Positions 25,939 to 36,846 of a stretch of 36,996 nucleotides of DNA are shown piece by piece. Position 1 is the stretch's first letter. Every line of letters begins with the position of its first letter. The notes under the pieces are model-generated. The model made no database searches. It saw nothing but the letters and a program-made list of their open reading frames with translations, and was not told the DNA's origin. The stretch is from Candidatus Muiribacteriota bacterium (GTDB taxonomy: Bacteria; Muiribacteriota; Muiribacteriia; Muiribacteriales; Muiribacteriaceae): NCBI GenBank assembly GCA_051747805.1, contig JBNJGP010000016.1, positions 1 through 36,996 on the forward strand, read 5' to 3'. The position numbers were made by a program, and so were the translations under genes.

Positions 25939-27699
25939 CTAAAAGTCAGTAGCAAGTGATTTAACCTCATCTAAAGTCGTTAAGCCTTCAACAGCCTTTT
26001 TCATACCAGCATCCACAAGGAGGTCTGTTCCCTGCTCTATTGCTTTTCTTTGAATATCATATGGAGTTGCATCTCTCATTATCATATCTTTTATATCAAC
26101 TGTAAAATCAAGTATTTCATAAACAGCCTTTCTTCCTGCGAATCCAGTATTATTACAATTTTCACATCCAACTTTTCTATAAAACTTATAATCTTTAAAC
26201 TCATCGATTTTTTTTCCCATTTTTTCAAATTCTTCAGGAGTCGGCTCATATTCTTCTTTACAGTGAACACATAGTTTTTTCACCAGCCTCTGAGCTATAA
26301 CCATTAAGAAAGCAGAACAAAGCAGATATTTATCTACTTCCAGAGTATTCATTCTATTTATTACATCAATAGAGTTATTTGCATGAACTGTTGAAAAAAC
26401 AAGGTGACCAGTTAAAGCGGCGTTCACGGCAATTTCGGCAGTTTCAGGGTCACGTATTTCACCAATCATCACAACATCAGGATCCTGTCTAAGAATTGAA
26501 CGGAGGCCACTTGCAAAAGTAAGAGATCTATCGGGCTCATTTTTATTAATAAAAACCTGAGTTTGATGAATACCATCAAGCTGATATTCCACCGGATCTT
26601 CAACAGTAATTATTTTTGTATCTCTTGTGTTAATACGGGTAAGAGCCGCATATAATGTAGTTGTTTTACCAGAACCAGTTGGTCCACTATTTAAAATCAA
26701 GCCATAAGGTTTGTCAATATTTTTCAAAAATATTTTTAACTGATATTCAGTAAATCCAAGAGTTTCCAGATTCAGGGCGACTGAATCCTTGGAAAGAATT
26801 CTGATAACAACATTCTCTCCCCATATACACGGCAGGATTGAAACACGAAAATCCACTTTGGATTTACCCACTTTTAAAGAAAACTGTCCATCCTGAGGTA
26901 TTCGTTTTTCAGCAATATTAAGATTGGACATAATTTTAATTCTTGAAACTATAGCAGCAGCAGCTTTTTTATTAATAGGCGACTGATCAAATAAATCACC
27001 ATCTATTCTATAACGGGTTACAACTCTTTTTTCATGGACTTCTATATGAATATCAGAAGTTTTTTTCTTTATAGCATCAATTATAATTTTATTTACAAGG
27101 GCTATAATTGGTTTCTGATCTGCGGCTTTTAAAAGTTCCTGAGAATTTTTTTCTTCCTCTTCAATTTGTTCTACAGAGCCTTCCTCTTCCATTCCAAGAT
27201 TAGACTCTTTAAGCATATCATTAACATCTACATCATCAAGAGTTTTTTCTTTTTCTTCTGCAAAAAATTTTTCATTAATAATTTCTGTAACAGCACTTTT
27301 AGAACCCACTGAATATTCAACTTTTAGCCCAAGTACTGTTTGAAGAGCATCCAGCATTGTAACATTTGTAGGGTCATGTATTATTATTTTTAAATGTCCG
27401 GGGTCTATTTCAACAGGAACAAAATAGTACATTTTTATTAAATTTTCAGGAACCTGTTCTAATACTTCTTCATCTATTTTGATATTTTCCGGCTCTACAT
27501 AATCAACGTCAAACTGTTTTGCCAGTGCCTTAGCGAGCTGCTCCTCGTTAAGATAGCCTTTTTCTATAAGAACTTCTCCAATAAGAGCCTGAGTTTCTTC
27601 CTGAATTTTAAGTCCCTCAACAAGTTGTTCTTCTTTAATATAACCAGATTCGATTAAAATCTGTCCAATTTTTTTCTTGAATATAAACTCTGACGACAT
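25939..27699 (-). CDS. pilB: Type IV pilus assembly ATPase PilB with an N-terminal MshEN domain
   Basis: KKIGQILIESGYIKEEQLVEGLKIQ...LIGEVLIEKG; GPTGSGKTTT; LRQDPDVVMIGEIRD; CxxC...CxxC; first gene of the pilMNO operon. Confidence 0.93.
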   Translation of the reverse strand: MSSEFIFKKKIGQILIESGYIKEEQLVEGLKIQEETQALIGEVLIEKGYLNEEQLAKALAKQFDVDYVEPENIKIDEEVLEQVPENLIKMYYFVPVEIDPGHLKIIIHDPTNVTMLDALQTVLGLKVEYSVGSKSAVTEIINEKFFAEEKEKTLDDVDVNDMLKESNLGMEEEGSVEQIEEEEKNSQELLKAADQKPIIALVNKIIIDAIKKKTSDIHIEVHEKRVVTRYRIDGDLFDQSPINKKAAAAIVSRIKIMSNLNIAEKRIPQDGQFSLKVGKSKVDFRVSILPCIWGENVVIRILSKDSVALNLETLGFTEYQLKIFLKNIDKPYGLILNSGPTGSGKTTTLYAALTRINTRDTKIITVEDPVEYQLDGIHQTQVFINKNEPDRSLTFASGLRSILRQDPDVVMIGEIRDPETAEIAVNAALTGHLVFSTVHANNSIDVINRMNTLEVDKYLLCSAFLMVIAQRLVKKLCVHCKEEYEPTPEEFEKMGKKIDEFKDYKFYRKVGCENCNNTGFAGRKAVYEILDFTVDIKDMIMRDATPYDIQRKAIEQGTDLLVDAGMKKAVEGLTTLDEVKSLATDF

Positions 27700-27819
27700 T
27701 AATAACCCCTAAATTTAATTTATGCTTTTTAAATATTTTTTACCCTCTATAATAAAATAATTTATTTTCTAAATTAATTATCGGAATATATGAATAACTT
27801 GAATAAAAAAACCGGTAAC

Positions 27820-28038
27820 CTAACTGAGTTCGATTTTTTCAGGAGAAACCAGGGTTGATATAGCATGCTTAAATATCAACTGCTGTTTTTCTTTATCTTC
27901 CATTAAAATCGTGAAACTGTCAAAAGATTTAATTGCCCCTCGCAGCTTAATTCCATTTGTGAGAAAAATAAGAATTTCAATCCTTTTTTCAATTACTTTT
28001 TCTAAAAATATGTCCTGAAGATTTAGTTTATTAGACAT
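27820..28038 (-). CDS. hfq: RNA chaperone Hfq
   Basis: NLQDIFL, FLTNGIKLRG, FDSFTIL, FKHAIST; directly downstream of miaA. Confidence 0.96.
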   Translation of the reverse strand: MSNKLNLQDIFLEKVIEKRIEILIFLTNGIKLRGAIKSFDSFTILMEDKEKQQLIFKHAISTLVSPEKIELS

Positions 28039-28044
28039 TTTTAT

Positions 28045-28977
28045 CTACCCTCCGTTTATAAATTCATTCAGATACTTCTTTATTTTATACTTATTTATAT
28101 CATATAAATCCAAAAAAATCATTTTTTTTAACTTGTTTTTAAAATAAGTCCGCTGTCTTTTGGCAAATTGTGCTGTATGCAAAATAATATCCTCTTTTAA
28201 AGAAGGTATTCCCCTGATTTTTTTATCTTTTTCAAAAAACTCAAGCGTTTCCTTATATCCAATAGCCTGTCGAGCCTGAGATGAAAAATTGAATTTTTTT
28301 AAAATATACTCAACTTCCTCAAGCATTCCAAGTCTGAACATTTTATCAACCCTTAACTTTATTCTTTGTCTCAGTATATCTCTGTCTAAATCTAGATAAA
28401 AAATAAGAGGCTCATAAAAATACTCAAAAGAAGTTTTATCAAACTCATTTTTATAACCTGCTTCATATATTTCCAAGCTGCGTATTACTCTTTTTATATC
28501 ATTCATATGTAAATTAAGTGCGCGCTGAGGCCATACTTTTTTTAAATAATTATAAATATGCTCCTTACCATTATGTTCATATATATTATAGTATTTATTA
28601 CGTATTTCAGCATCTTTAATTGTAAATTGTGGAAGTCTTTTAAGCAGGCTGTTAATATAAAAACCTGTTCCTCCCGCAATAACAGGAATTTTATTTTTCT
28701 GATAAAGAGATTGTATTATTTTATCAGCCCTTTTTACAAAATCCATCACATCAAATTGAGGACAGCTGGGCTTTATAATATCAATCATATGATGTTTGAT
28801 CTGTAATCGTTCTGAAATAGAAGCTTTTGCAGTACCAATATCCATATATTGATAAATCTGCATTGAATCGGCCGAAATAATTTCACCAGAAAAAAGGCGG
28901 GCAATATCAAGTGCAAGAGATGTTTTGCCTGAAGCGGTTGGCCCGCATATTATTATTATTTTTTTCTTAGAAGCCAT
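28045..28977 (-). CDS. miaA: tRNA dimethylallyltransferase MiaA
   Basis: GPTASGKT, ISADSMQIYQYMDIGTAK, GGTGFY, QAIGYKE, FAKRQRT. Confidence 0.97.
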   Translation of the reverse strand: MASKKKIIIICGPTASGKTSLALDIARLFSGEIISADSMQIYQYMDIGTAKASISERLQIKHHMIDIIKPSCPQFDVMDFVKRADKIIQSLYQKNKIPVIAGGTGFYINSLLKRLPQFTIKDAEIRNKYYNIYEHNGKEHIYNYLKKVWPQRALNLHMNDIKRVIRSLEIYEAGYKNEFDKTSFEYFYEPLIFYLDLDRDILRQRIKLRVDKMFRLGMLEEVEYILKKFNFSSQARQAIGYKETLEFFEKDKKIRGIPSLKEDIILHTAQFAKRQRTYFKNKLKKMIFLDLYDINKYKIKKYLNEFINGG

Positions 28978-30487
28978 CTGGTATCACATACTCATAAGAG
29001 GACGTTGAACTTTTATCTTCACTGTCTCTAGTAGGTACATTGGCCTGACGCATATCTCGATATTTTTCATTAACGGCTCTGGCCTCAGAAATCCAGGTTT
29101 TATTCTGAGGATGCTCAGGAAATTTTTCAACAAGTTTCTGATAATTTTTGAGGGAATCAATATAATAACCTTCAGCCTCATAGGTTTTGGCAAGACCGTG
29201 CAAAACTTCCGCATCTTCTTCAAAATAAAATGAGGCCGTCTCAAAATGTTCCATAGCCTCGGCATGATTATTTCTATCAAGTTCATGACGGGCTTTATAA
29301 ATATTTAAAACTGGGTCATTTGGAAAATTATCAAGTCCCATATTTATATATTTTCTGAAGATTGTTCTATTATCATCCCGGTGAAGAAGGTTTGCAATCA
29401 ATTGATAAATTTTTAAATTACGTCTATCCTCCTCTAAAGCTTTATCAAAAAGCTCCTGAGCTTCGCCGATGTTTCTCTGATAAAAAAGCATAGCTCCACG
29501 AACTGCCATCACTTCAGGGTGATCCCGGGATATATTTTCAGCTGTATGAAAAATAGAAAAAGCATTTTCCATATCCGCACGCATAAAATGAACAAAAGCC
29601 ATACCAGCATACCCAACTGGACTTTGTGGGAAGTTAGATATAATATCTCTATAAACTTCTATAGCCTCAGCATAATATCGATTATGAAAGTACATATCTG
29701 CCAGGTTCTGATATATATTTAAACGATTGGGAGTAGCCTCAACAGCCTGGCGATAATAATAAGCAGCTTTTTTGATATTCCCTTCTGAATTATATATACT
29801 GGCAAGTTGCACATAGGCTAAAACACTCTGAGATTCAGCTTCTGCAACCTTATTTAGAAGAGATTTAGCCTTTTTAAGTTCTCCTTTACGCATATAAGTC
29901 AATCCAAGCCAGTACATAGCCTGGAAATTATCTGTATTGTATTTTAATACATTTTTAAATTTCTCAACAGCCTCATCATAATTTCTTCTAGAATAATGAA
30001 TTGTTCCAATATGGAAATTAGCCGTTTCATCAAGGTCATCATACTTTAAAACTTCTTCAAACTTTTCTAAAGCCTCACTGTTGTTACCAAGACTTTTTGA
30101 CCTTATACCCTGTTCATTCAACTCTTTAATTTTCTGTCTTTCGTTTTCGCTTACAAATTGAAACGGTCTAAGCTGTTTTTCGGGTAAAATTTCATTAATA
30201 TCAACCTCAGTCTCGATTGAAACCTCTTCTTCCTTATTTACCCCTTCTTTTTTCTGTTCTTCTTTTTGTTTTTTAAGAGACTTCATAACATCAACTTTAA
30301 GTTCATTAAGCCTTTCATGCTCAGGCTCTGCCTCAAGCCCTCTCTCAATTTGTTCTAAAGCACTTTGATAATTGCCGGCATTTACATGAAACTCTATAAG
30401 ATTCATAAGCAAATCAATATTTATTGAAGAGTTTATCAAAATAAAAAAACAAATGCAGAAAAAAATTATAATATTTTTTTTATTCAT
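28967..30487 (-). CDS. Exported TPR repeat protein
   Basis: Hydrophobic N-terminal signal/anchor followed by about 10 TPR motifs; GGAGG RBS upstream. Confidence 0.88.
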   Translation of the reverse strand: MNKKNIIIFFCICFFILINSSINIDLLMNLIEFHVNAGNYQSALEQIERGLEAEPEHERLNELKVDVMKSLKKQKEEQKKEGVNKEEEVSIETEVDINEILPEKQLRPFQFVSENERQKIKELNEQGIRSKSLGNNSEALEKFEEVLKYDDLDETANFHIGTIHYSRRNYDEAVEKFKNVLKYNTDNFQAMYWLGLTYMRKGELKKAKSLLNKVAEAESQSVLAYVQLASIYNSEGNIKKAAYYYRQAVEATPNRLNIYQNLADMYFHNRYYAEAIEVYRDIISNFPQSPVGYAGMAFVHFMRADMENAFSIFHTAENISRDHPEVMAVRGAMLFYQRNIGEAQELFDKALEEDRRNLKIYQLIANLLHRDDNRTIFRKYINMGLDNFPNDPVLNIYKARHELDRNNHAEAMEHFETASFYFEEDAEVLHGLAKTYEAEGYYIDSLKNYQKLVEKFPEHPQNKTWISEARAVNEKYRDMRQANVPTRDSEDKSSTSSYEYVIPDGF

Positions 30488-30513
30488 TTTTTATCCTCCC
30501 TGTTAACTGTTAA

Positions 30514-30598
30514 GAGGCTGTTGAAAAAATAAAAATCAACTTTAAATATGCCTCCGTTATTTTTAGTCTTCTCGTAAAAAAGATTTTTCAACGGGTTC
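30514..30598. mobile_element. Possible degenerate MITE / IS-end remnant
   Basis: GAGGCTGTTGAAAAA (30514-30528) and an imperfect inverse TTTTTCAACGGGTTC (30584-30598); no clear target duplication. Confidence 0.4.
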
Positions 30599-30638
30599 TC
30601 ACATAATTCTAAATTCAGATAAAAACCACTTTATATTA

Positions 30639-31790
30639 TTATTTAAAGTTTTTATGTGTGTTTTTCTCAATTATATTCATAAAATCACTGAAAATAAAAT
30701 TAAAATTTAAAAATCCATTATGATTGAACTTTAAAATTTTATTTTTAAAAATTAAATAATCCCTGTATTTATTATACAATATTTTGACCGAATCAATCAA
30801 ATTAAAATCTATGTTCTCATGTTTAAAATTATTTAAATCAACTCCACGTGCTAACCTCAGCCGCATCATTAATTTTTCAATAAGTGCTTCAAAAGGATTA
30901 TTTTTAATAATTTGTATTTTTTTTAATAAATAACCACATTCTAAATATTCTGTTAAGTTGGGATATTTAAATATTTTATCTTCTATTTTCATTACACTTC
31001 CTGCCCCGGCAGATAAATAGTTATCATAATTCCAGTAATGCAGATTATGTCTGCAAAAAGAATTTTTTCCTGCAAAATTTGAAATTTCATACCGCTGAAA
31101 TTCTAAATCATTTATCAGTTTGTTAGACAAAAAATTAAACTGGGAAACAGAATTTTTTTCCACCTTATCAATCTGCTCCCCAGTTAACGTTTTTTTCATT
31201 TTTGAGTTAAGATTAAGCATATATAAAGAAACATGATTAATATTTTGATATACTTTATTTTTTAGAAAATAATCAACAGTCCGATAAAAAAATGCCTCTG
31301 GAACCCCTGTTATTAAGTCAATTGAAATTTCATATTTTTTATTTAATGAAAACAGTTTGCTAAGATTTTCCAAAAACAACTCTGAATAAAAGCGTCCAAT
31401 GTAATTATATGTATTTTTATTAAAACCCTGAACTCCAATAGATAATCTTGTGAAATCCTTTTCTTTTTGAAGAAACTTAAAAAATTCATCACTCAGCCAG
31501 ACCGGATTTAATTCTACAGTAATTTCTTTTAGTTCAGTACAAAAATTTTTTTTAATTATTTCAATTAATTCTTTTAAAGATTCATAACCGGCCTTTTGAG
31601 GTGAACCTCCGCCTATAAAAATTGTATCAACTTTAATATTATTATGTTTTTGGGATAATATTATAATATTTTTTTTTAATTTTTCTATATAATCTTTATC
31701 ATATTTTTTTTCCTCGGAATAAAAATCACAATAAGTACATTTTTTTATACAAAAAGGAATATGTATATAAAACCCAGCAGATTCTGTCAC
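30639..31790 (-). CDS. hemW: Radical SAM heme chaperone HemW (HemN-like)
   Basis: YIHIPFCIKKCTYCDF (CxxxCxxC), IFIGGGSP, YEISNF and the HemW signature HNLHYW; lies downstream of lepA. Confidence 0.88.
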   Translation of the reverse strand: MTESAGFYIHIPFCIKKCTYCDFYSEEKKYDKDYIEKLKKNIIILSQKHNNIKVDTIFIGGGSPQKAGYESLKELIEIIKKNFCTELKEITVELNPVWLSDEFFKFLQKEKDFTRLSIGVQGFNKNTYNYIGRFYSELFLENLSKLFSLNKKYEISIDLITGVPEAFFYRTVDYFLKNKVYQNINHVSLYMLNLNSKMKKTLTGEQIDKVEKNSVSQFNFLSNKLINDLEFQRYEISNFAGKNSFCRHNLHYWNYDNYLSAGAGSVMKIEDKIFKYPNLTEYLECGYLLKKIQIIKNNPFEALIEKLMMRLRLARGVDLNNFKHENIDFNLIDSVKILYNKYRDYLIFKNKILKFNHNGFLNFNFIFSDFMNIIEKNTHKNFK

Positions 31791-31792
31791 TT

Positions 31793-33157
31793 TTAATTTC
31801 TCGTTCCCTGAACAGGTGCTGGAACTCTCCCGCCCCTTTTCATCAGCTTCTCGCAGGAGAAAGGATTAACTTTCATAATTGGTGCATCTCCGAGCAGACC
31901 GCCGTAGCTAACTTTTTCCCCCGCCTTTTTACCGGCAACAGGAATAATTCTTACAGCCGTAGTTTTTTGATTTATCATTCCTATCGCCATCTCGTCACCA
32001 ATTATTCCGGCAATTGTTTCTACAGAGGTAGCTCCAGGTATAGCAACCATATCAAGCCCAACAGAACAGACACAGGTCATTGATTCAAGTTTTTCAAGAG
32101 ACAGGGCGCCTTTTTCTACTGCTTCTATCATTCCCTGATCTTCGCTAACAGGAATAAATGCTCCAGAAAGTCCACCAACATAAGTTGTGGCCATCATACC
32201 ACCTTTTTTCACAGCATCATTGAGTATTGCCAGAGCCAGTGTAGTACCTGGTCCTCCACAACGTTCAACTCCAATTTCCTCAATAATATTTGCAACACTA
32301 TCGCCAAGAGCAGGTGTTGGCGCAAGTGATATATCAACAATCCCAAAAGGCACACCAAGCATTTGAGAAACCTCGGCACCAAATAGCTGTCCCATACGTG
32401 TTATTTTAAAAGCAGTTTTCTTAATTAAGTCAGAAAGTTCTCCAATATCAAGTTCTCTTCCTTTTTTTTCAAGAATATGTCTAACCACTCCCGGACCACT
32501 TATTCCAACGTTAAGAGTTGTTTCAGGTTCAGAAGGTCCATGAAACGCCCCGGCAATAAATGGATTATCCTCGACCGCGTTTGTAAAAACTACAAGTTTT
32601 GCACATCCAATACTTCCATTATCGGCAGTAAGAGAGGCTGTTTCTCTTATTTTGGAGGCCATTTTATAAACACCATCAAGATTAATACCTGCTGCTGTTG
32701 AACCTAAATTAACAGATGAACAAACAGTACTGGTTTTTGAAAGCACTTCTGGTATTGAATCAATTAGGGCTTTATCGCCACTTGTTTCTCCTTTTTGAAT
32801 AAGAGCTGAATACCCTGCTATATAGTTTATTCCAATTTCAGCTGCCGCTTTATCCATAGCCTCTGCAATTTTAAAAACCTCTTCAGACCTGAATCCATCA
32901 GCAATAAGAGAAACAGGGGTTACTGCCACTCTTTTATTAACAACTGGAACTCCATATTTGTTTTCTACTTTTGTTGCACATTCAACTAATTTTTCGCCTT
33001 CCAGGGTAATTTTATCATAAACTGCACGCGCAGTTTTTTCTGCACTTTCTCTTTTACAGCTTCTCAAGCTTATTCCAAGAGTTGTAGTTCTTACATCAAA
33101 ATTTTCTATATTAACCATACTTATAGTTTCTAAAATTTCTGCGGGATTTATAAACAC
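31793..33157 (-). CDS. DUF711/UPF0210 PFL-like family protein
   Basis: EILETISMV...[49 protein letters not shown]; paired with an ACT-domain gene. Confidence 0.93.
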   Translation of the reverse strand: MFINPAEILETISMVNIENFDVRTTTLGISLRSCKRESAEKTARAVYDKITLEGEKLVECATKVENKYGVPVVNKRVAVTPVSLIADGFRSEEVFKIAEAMDKAAAEIGINYIAGYSALIQKGETSGDKALIDSIPEVLSKTSTVCSSVNLGSTAAGINLDGVYKMASKIRETASLTADNGSIGCAKLVVFTNAVEDNPFIAGAFHGPSEPETTLNVGISGPGVVRHILEKKGRELDIGELSDLIKKTAFKITRMGQLFGAEVSQMLGVPFGIVDISLAPTPALGDSVANIIEEIGVERCGGPGTTLALAILNDAVKKGGMMATTYVGGLSGAFIPVSEDQGMIEAVEKGALSLEKLESMTCVCSVGLDMVAIPGATSVETIAGIIGDEMAIGMINQKTTAVRIIPVAGKKAGEKVSYGGLLGDAPIMKVNPFSCEKLMKRGGRVPAPVQGTRN

Positions 33158-33166
33158 TTTTCCCTC

Positions 33167-33445
33167 CTATATTCTATGCATGAATCTGAAAACATTTTCA
33201 TGCTGTACAAAGATTTTAATACCGATATTATCAGCTTTTTTCTCGAGTTTTGTTTTAAATGATGAAAAATCCATGTTCAAATCTGAAATATCCACAATCA
33301 TTATCAGGGCAAACAAATCATCAATAATAGTCTGGGCCATATCCATTATCGAGCAGTTATATTTCCCTAATATTGAGGTGATATTTGCAACAACACCTGC
33401 TTTGTTTACTCCGAGTGCAGTAATTACGATTTTCTCTTTTTTCAT
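33167..33445 (-). CDS. ACT domain protein (UPF0237)
   Basis: VITALGVNKAGVVA...QTII...QHENVFRFMHRI, typical of the DUF711 partner. Confidence 0.92.
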   Translation of the reverse strand: MKKEKIVITALGVNKAGVVANITSILGKYNCSIMDMAQTIIDDLFALIMIVDISDLNMDFSSFKTKLEKKADNIGIKIFVQHENVFRFMHRI

Positions 33446-33492
33446 ATTTCCTCCTGTAAAGGTCGCCTAAAAACCTCAATACCAGATTTTTT

Positions 33493-35280
33493 TCAGTCAT
33501 CCACTTTTAATATTGAAAGAAAAGCATTTCTGGGTATTTCAACGTTTCCTATTGATTTCATTCTTTTTTTACCTTCTTTCTGTTTTTCAAGAAGCTTTCT
33601 TTTTCTTGTAATATCCCCACCATAACATTTTGCAGTAACGTCCTTACGCATAGCCGATACAGTTTCTCTTGCAATAATTTTACCTCCCAGGCAGGCCTGA
33701 ATCGGTACTTTAAACATCTGCCTGGGTATTACTTCTTTTAATTTATCAGTTAAAACTCTCCCCATTTCATAAGCTTTATCAACATGAACAATCAAAGATA
33801 AAGCATCTACCGTTTCAGAATTGATTTTAATATCAAGTTTTGTAACCTTTGTTTGGCAAAGACCAATATACTCATAATCCATCGAGGCATAACCCCTAGT
33901 GCTTGATTTCAGTTTATCATAAAAATCAATAATTACCTCTGCAAGCGGAAACTCATACTCCAGCTCAACACGATTAAAAGAAAGATATTTCATATCAAGC
34001 ATTTTTCCTCGTTTTTTTTCAGAAAGAGTCATAATCGAGCCAACATAATCTGAAGGGGTAAAAATCTGTGCTCTTATAAAAGGTTCTTCAATTTTTTCAA
34101 CAGTTGAAGGCTCGGGCATATTCATGGGATTTTCAATATATTTTCGCTCACCATTATTTAAAGTTACAACATATTTAACGCTGGGAGCTGTTGCAATAAG
34201 CTCTATATTGAATTCATCCTCCAGTCTTTCCTGTACAACTTCAGAATGAAGCAGACCAAGAAAACCACATCTGAAACCCATTCCCAGGGCAAGTGAATTT
34301 TCAGGCTCATATGTAAGCGATGAATCATTTAAAGTTAACTTCTCCAGGGCCTCTTTTAAGTTAATGTACATCTTTGTATCCACCGGATAAAGGCCTGAAA
34401 AAACCATTGGCTTGACATCTTTATACCCAGGTACAGGATTACTGGTTGGATTCTGAAAATAAGAAAGTGTATCCCCTACTTTAACCTCATGAATTGTTTT
34501 TATACCACCAATAACATAACCAACTTCTCCAGCAGAAAGTGAATCTCTTTTTACCATTCCCGGCGAAAACACACCCACCTCACTTACCTGGAAAGTTTTA
34601 CCAGTTCTCAAGGTCATAAGCTCATCATCAGTTTTTATTTCACCGTCAAAAATCCTCACAAATACAATTACACCTCTGTACTCATCATACACCGAATCAA
34701 AAATAAGAGCTCTGAGAGTTTTTGATGAATCTCCACGTGGAGCTGGCAGAACTTGAATAATTTTATCTAAAAGTTCTGAAATATTAATATTATTTTTTGC
34801 GCTTACTGCAACAGCATCCTGTGCACTTATTCCTATTTCTTCCTCTATTTCTGTTTTAACATCATCAACCGCAGCATGCGGAAGATCAATTTTATTTAAA
34901 ACAGGAAGAATTTCAAGCTCATTATCAACAGCCAGATAAACATTAGCAAGGGTTTGGGCCTCAACACCCTGCGAGGCATCTACTACAAGAAGACATCCGT
35001 CACAGGCTGCAAGTGAGCGAGAAACTTCATATGAAAAATCAACATGACCTGGAGTATCGATTAAGTTTAACTCATACCCTTTATATGTTAAAGTTACTGC
35101 CCTTAATTTAACTGTTATTCCTCTATCTCTTTCAACTTCAAGATTATCAAGAAACTGTTCTTTCATCTCACGCCGGGCAACTGTTCCAGACATCTCAAGT
35201 ATTCTATCAGCAAGAGTTGATTTACCATGATCAATATGTGCGATTATAGAAAAATTCCGTATTTTAGATATATCTTTCAT
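33493..35280 (-). CDS. lepA: Elongation factor 4 LepA
   Basis: [66 protein letters not shown]. Confidence 0.99.
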   Translation of the reverse strand: MKDISKIRNFSIIAHIDHGKSTLADRILEMSGTVARREMKEQFLDNLEVERDRGITVKLRAVTLTYKGYELNLIDTPGHVDFSYEVSRSLAACDGCLLVVDASQGVEAQTLANVYLAVDNELEILPVLNKIDLPHAAVDDVKTEIEEEIGISAQDAVAVSAKNNINISELLDKIIQVLPAPRGDSSKTLRALIFDSVYDEYRGVIVFVRIFDGEIKTDDELMTLRTGKTFQVSEVGVFSPGMVKRDSLSAGEVGYVIGGIKTIHEVKVGDTLSYFQNPTSNPVPGYKDVKPMVFSGLYPVDTKMYINLKEALEKLTLNDSSLTYEPENSLALGMGFRCGFLGLLHSEVVQERLEDEFNIELIATAPSVKYVVTLNNGERKYIENPMNMPEPSTVEKIEEPFIRAQIFTPSDYVGSIMTLSEKKRGKMLDMKYLSFNRVELEYEFPLAEVIIDFYDKLKSSTRGYASMDYEYIGLCQTKVTKLDIKINSETVDALSLIVHVDKAYEMGRVLTDKLKEVIPRQMFKVPIQACLGGKIIARETVSAMRKDVTAKCYGGDITRKRKLLEKQKEGKKRMKSIGNVEIPRNAFLSILKVDD

Positions 35281-35283
35281 ATA

Positions 35284-36774
35284 TTAACTAATTCCTTTTT
35301 TCTTATTTTTAACAAAAAGCTCAAATAAATAATCTACCTCATCAATTTTAAAAATATAAAGTAAAAACAAATATATTAAACTGGATATTACTATACTAAA
35401 TAATAAATTAAAATCTTGCAACAGATAAAGCATAAATGCAAATATTATTATTATAATTAAAAACTTATAAAAAAATTTTTTTAAAGATAAAAAGTTTAAA
35501 TCCTGTATAAAAAAACATAAAAACATAAAATTTAAAATTGCCGACAATGAAGTTGCCAGAGCCAGCCCATCCGCTCCCATTCTATACATTAATATCCAGT
35601 TTAAAAAAGTATTTGCCGTCAGGGCAATAAAAGCAGATAAAACCGGAACATATAATTTTTTCACAGAATAAAAATAAGGTTTTACTATTTTAAGTCCTGA
35701 ATAAAACCACAAACCTATAGAATAAAAAATAAGAACTCTTGAAACATTAATACAATCCGACTGTGTAAACTCCCCCCGTAAAAATAATAACTCAATTATT
35801 GGATAAGCAAAAAACATTAAACCAAGCATACAGGGAAACATTAATATTGAATTCAACTTAAACGAAGTTGCAATTCCCTTTTGTAGATTTTTATTATTTT
35901 TATTACTTGCAAAATATGGTGTCATAACAGTGGCAATTGCAATACCAAATATTCCCATAGGAAATTGCACAAGTCTATTACCATAATATAACCAGGAAAT
36001 ACCACCCTGAGGCAGATAAGATGCAAATATATTATCTACAAGCACATTAATCTGAGTAATTGCCATGGCAAAAGTTCCTGGAATAAAATAAAATATCATT
36101 TCTTTTATGCCTTTATGAAAAAAAATTGAATAAAATTCAAAACCATTTTTATAAGCCTGAATCCCTAATACCGTGAGCTGAGTAATTCCTGCAAGCAGAA
36201 CTGATAAACCAAACACTATTCCAGCTTTATAAATATCCTCGGTTATAAATAAAACAACTCCACCAATTAAAAATATATTTAAAAAAACAGGTGTAAGTGC
36301 AGGTAGAAAAAATTTTTCCCTAATATTTAAATAGCCTGTAAAAACAGAAGAGGCAGAAATTAAAATAATAAAAGGAAAAATCCACTTTAAATACCATGAT
36401 GATAATTGGATTTTCTGAACATCAAATCCCGGTAATAAAACTGTAGTTATCTCTTCTGAAAAAAAAAGAACTAAAATATATAAAAAAGTAGTAATAAAAA
36501 ATATTATGTTTAAAAAAGCACTCGACATCTTCATTGCTTCTTTTTTATTTTCTTTTTCCATATCTGTAAAAACATTAATATAAGCAAAAGATAACGTGCC
36601 CTCTGCAAGAAGCACCCGTAAGAAATTAGGTATTCTGAAAGTTGCAAAAAATATATCTGATTGCAGTGAGGCTCCCAGATAAAATGTAAAAACAATTTCT
36701 CTTGCAAAACCAAGTATTCTTGAAAACAAAGTACCTATTGAAAATAAAAAGGTGTTTTTGGCAATTTTACTCAT
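35284..36774 (-). CDS. murJ: Lipid II flippase MurJ (MviN)
   Basis: SRILGFARE, FRIPNFLRVLLAEG, LYYGNRLVQFPMGIFG, GLALATS; start placed at MSKIAKN (36774) by family N-terminus, although the ORF is open to 36837. Confidence 0.95.
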   Translation of the reverse strand: MSKIAKNTFLFSIGTLFSRILGFAREIVFTFYLGASLQSDIFFATFRIPNFLRVLLAEGTLSFAYINVFTDMEKENKKEAMKMSSAFLNIIFFITTFLYILVLFFSEEITTVLLPGFDVQKIQLSSWYLKWIFPFIILISASSVFTGYLNIREKFFLPALTPVFLNIFLIGGVVLFITEDIYKAGIVFGLSVLLAGITQLTVLGIQAYKNGFEFYSIFFHKGIKEMIFYFIPGTFAMAITQINVLVDNIFASYLPQGGISWLYYGNRLVQFPMGIFGIAIATVMTPYFASNKNNKNLQKGIATSFKLNSILMFPCMLGLMFFAYPIIELLFLRGEFTQSDCINVSRVLIFYSIGLWFYSGLKIVKPYFYSVKKLYVPVLSAFIALTANTFLNWILMYRMGADGLALATSLSAILNFMFLCFFIQDLNFLSLKKFFYKFLIIIIIFAFMLYLLQDFNLLFSIVISSLIYLFLLYIFKIDEVDYLFELFVKNKKKGIS

Positions 36775-36846
36775 ATTTTTGAAGTATATCATATTTTTAT
36801 AATAAAAATATACACCCAATAAAAAGCTAAAAAACATATTAGAGCC

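Noticed and set aside
2026..36713. Short alternative-frame and antisense ORFs (e.g. 2026-2214, 4717-4977, 6323-6505, 16148-16390, 21502-21825, 23064-23309, 33180-33470, 36531-36713)
   Set aside because: All lie within or almost wholly overlap well-supported genes and show no recognisable motifs; they are shadow ORFs.
36775..36837. N-terminal extension of MurJ in the ORF track (likewise the extensions of ApbE to 16025 and the NlpC/P60-like ORF to 7046)
   Set aside because: Downstream ATGs fit the family N-termini, signal peptides or RBS better; the extensions look like incidental open frame.
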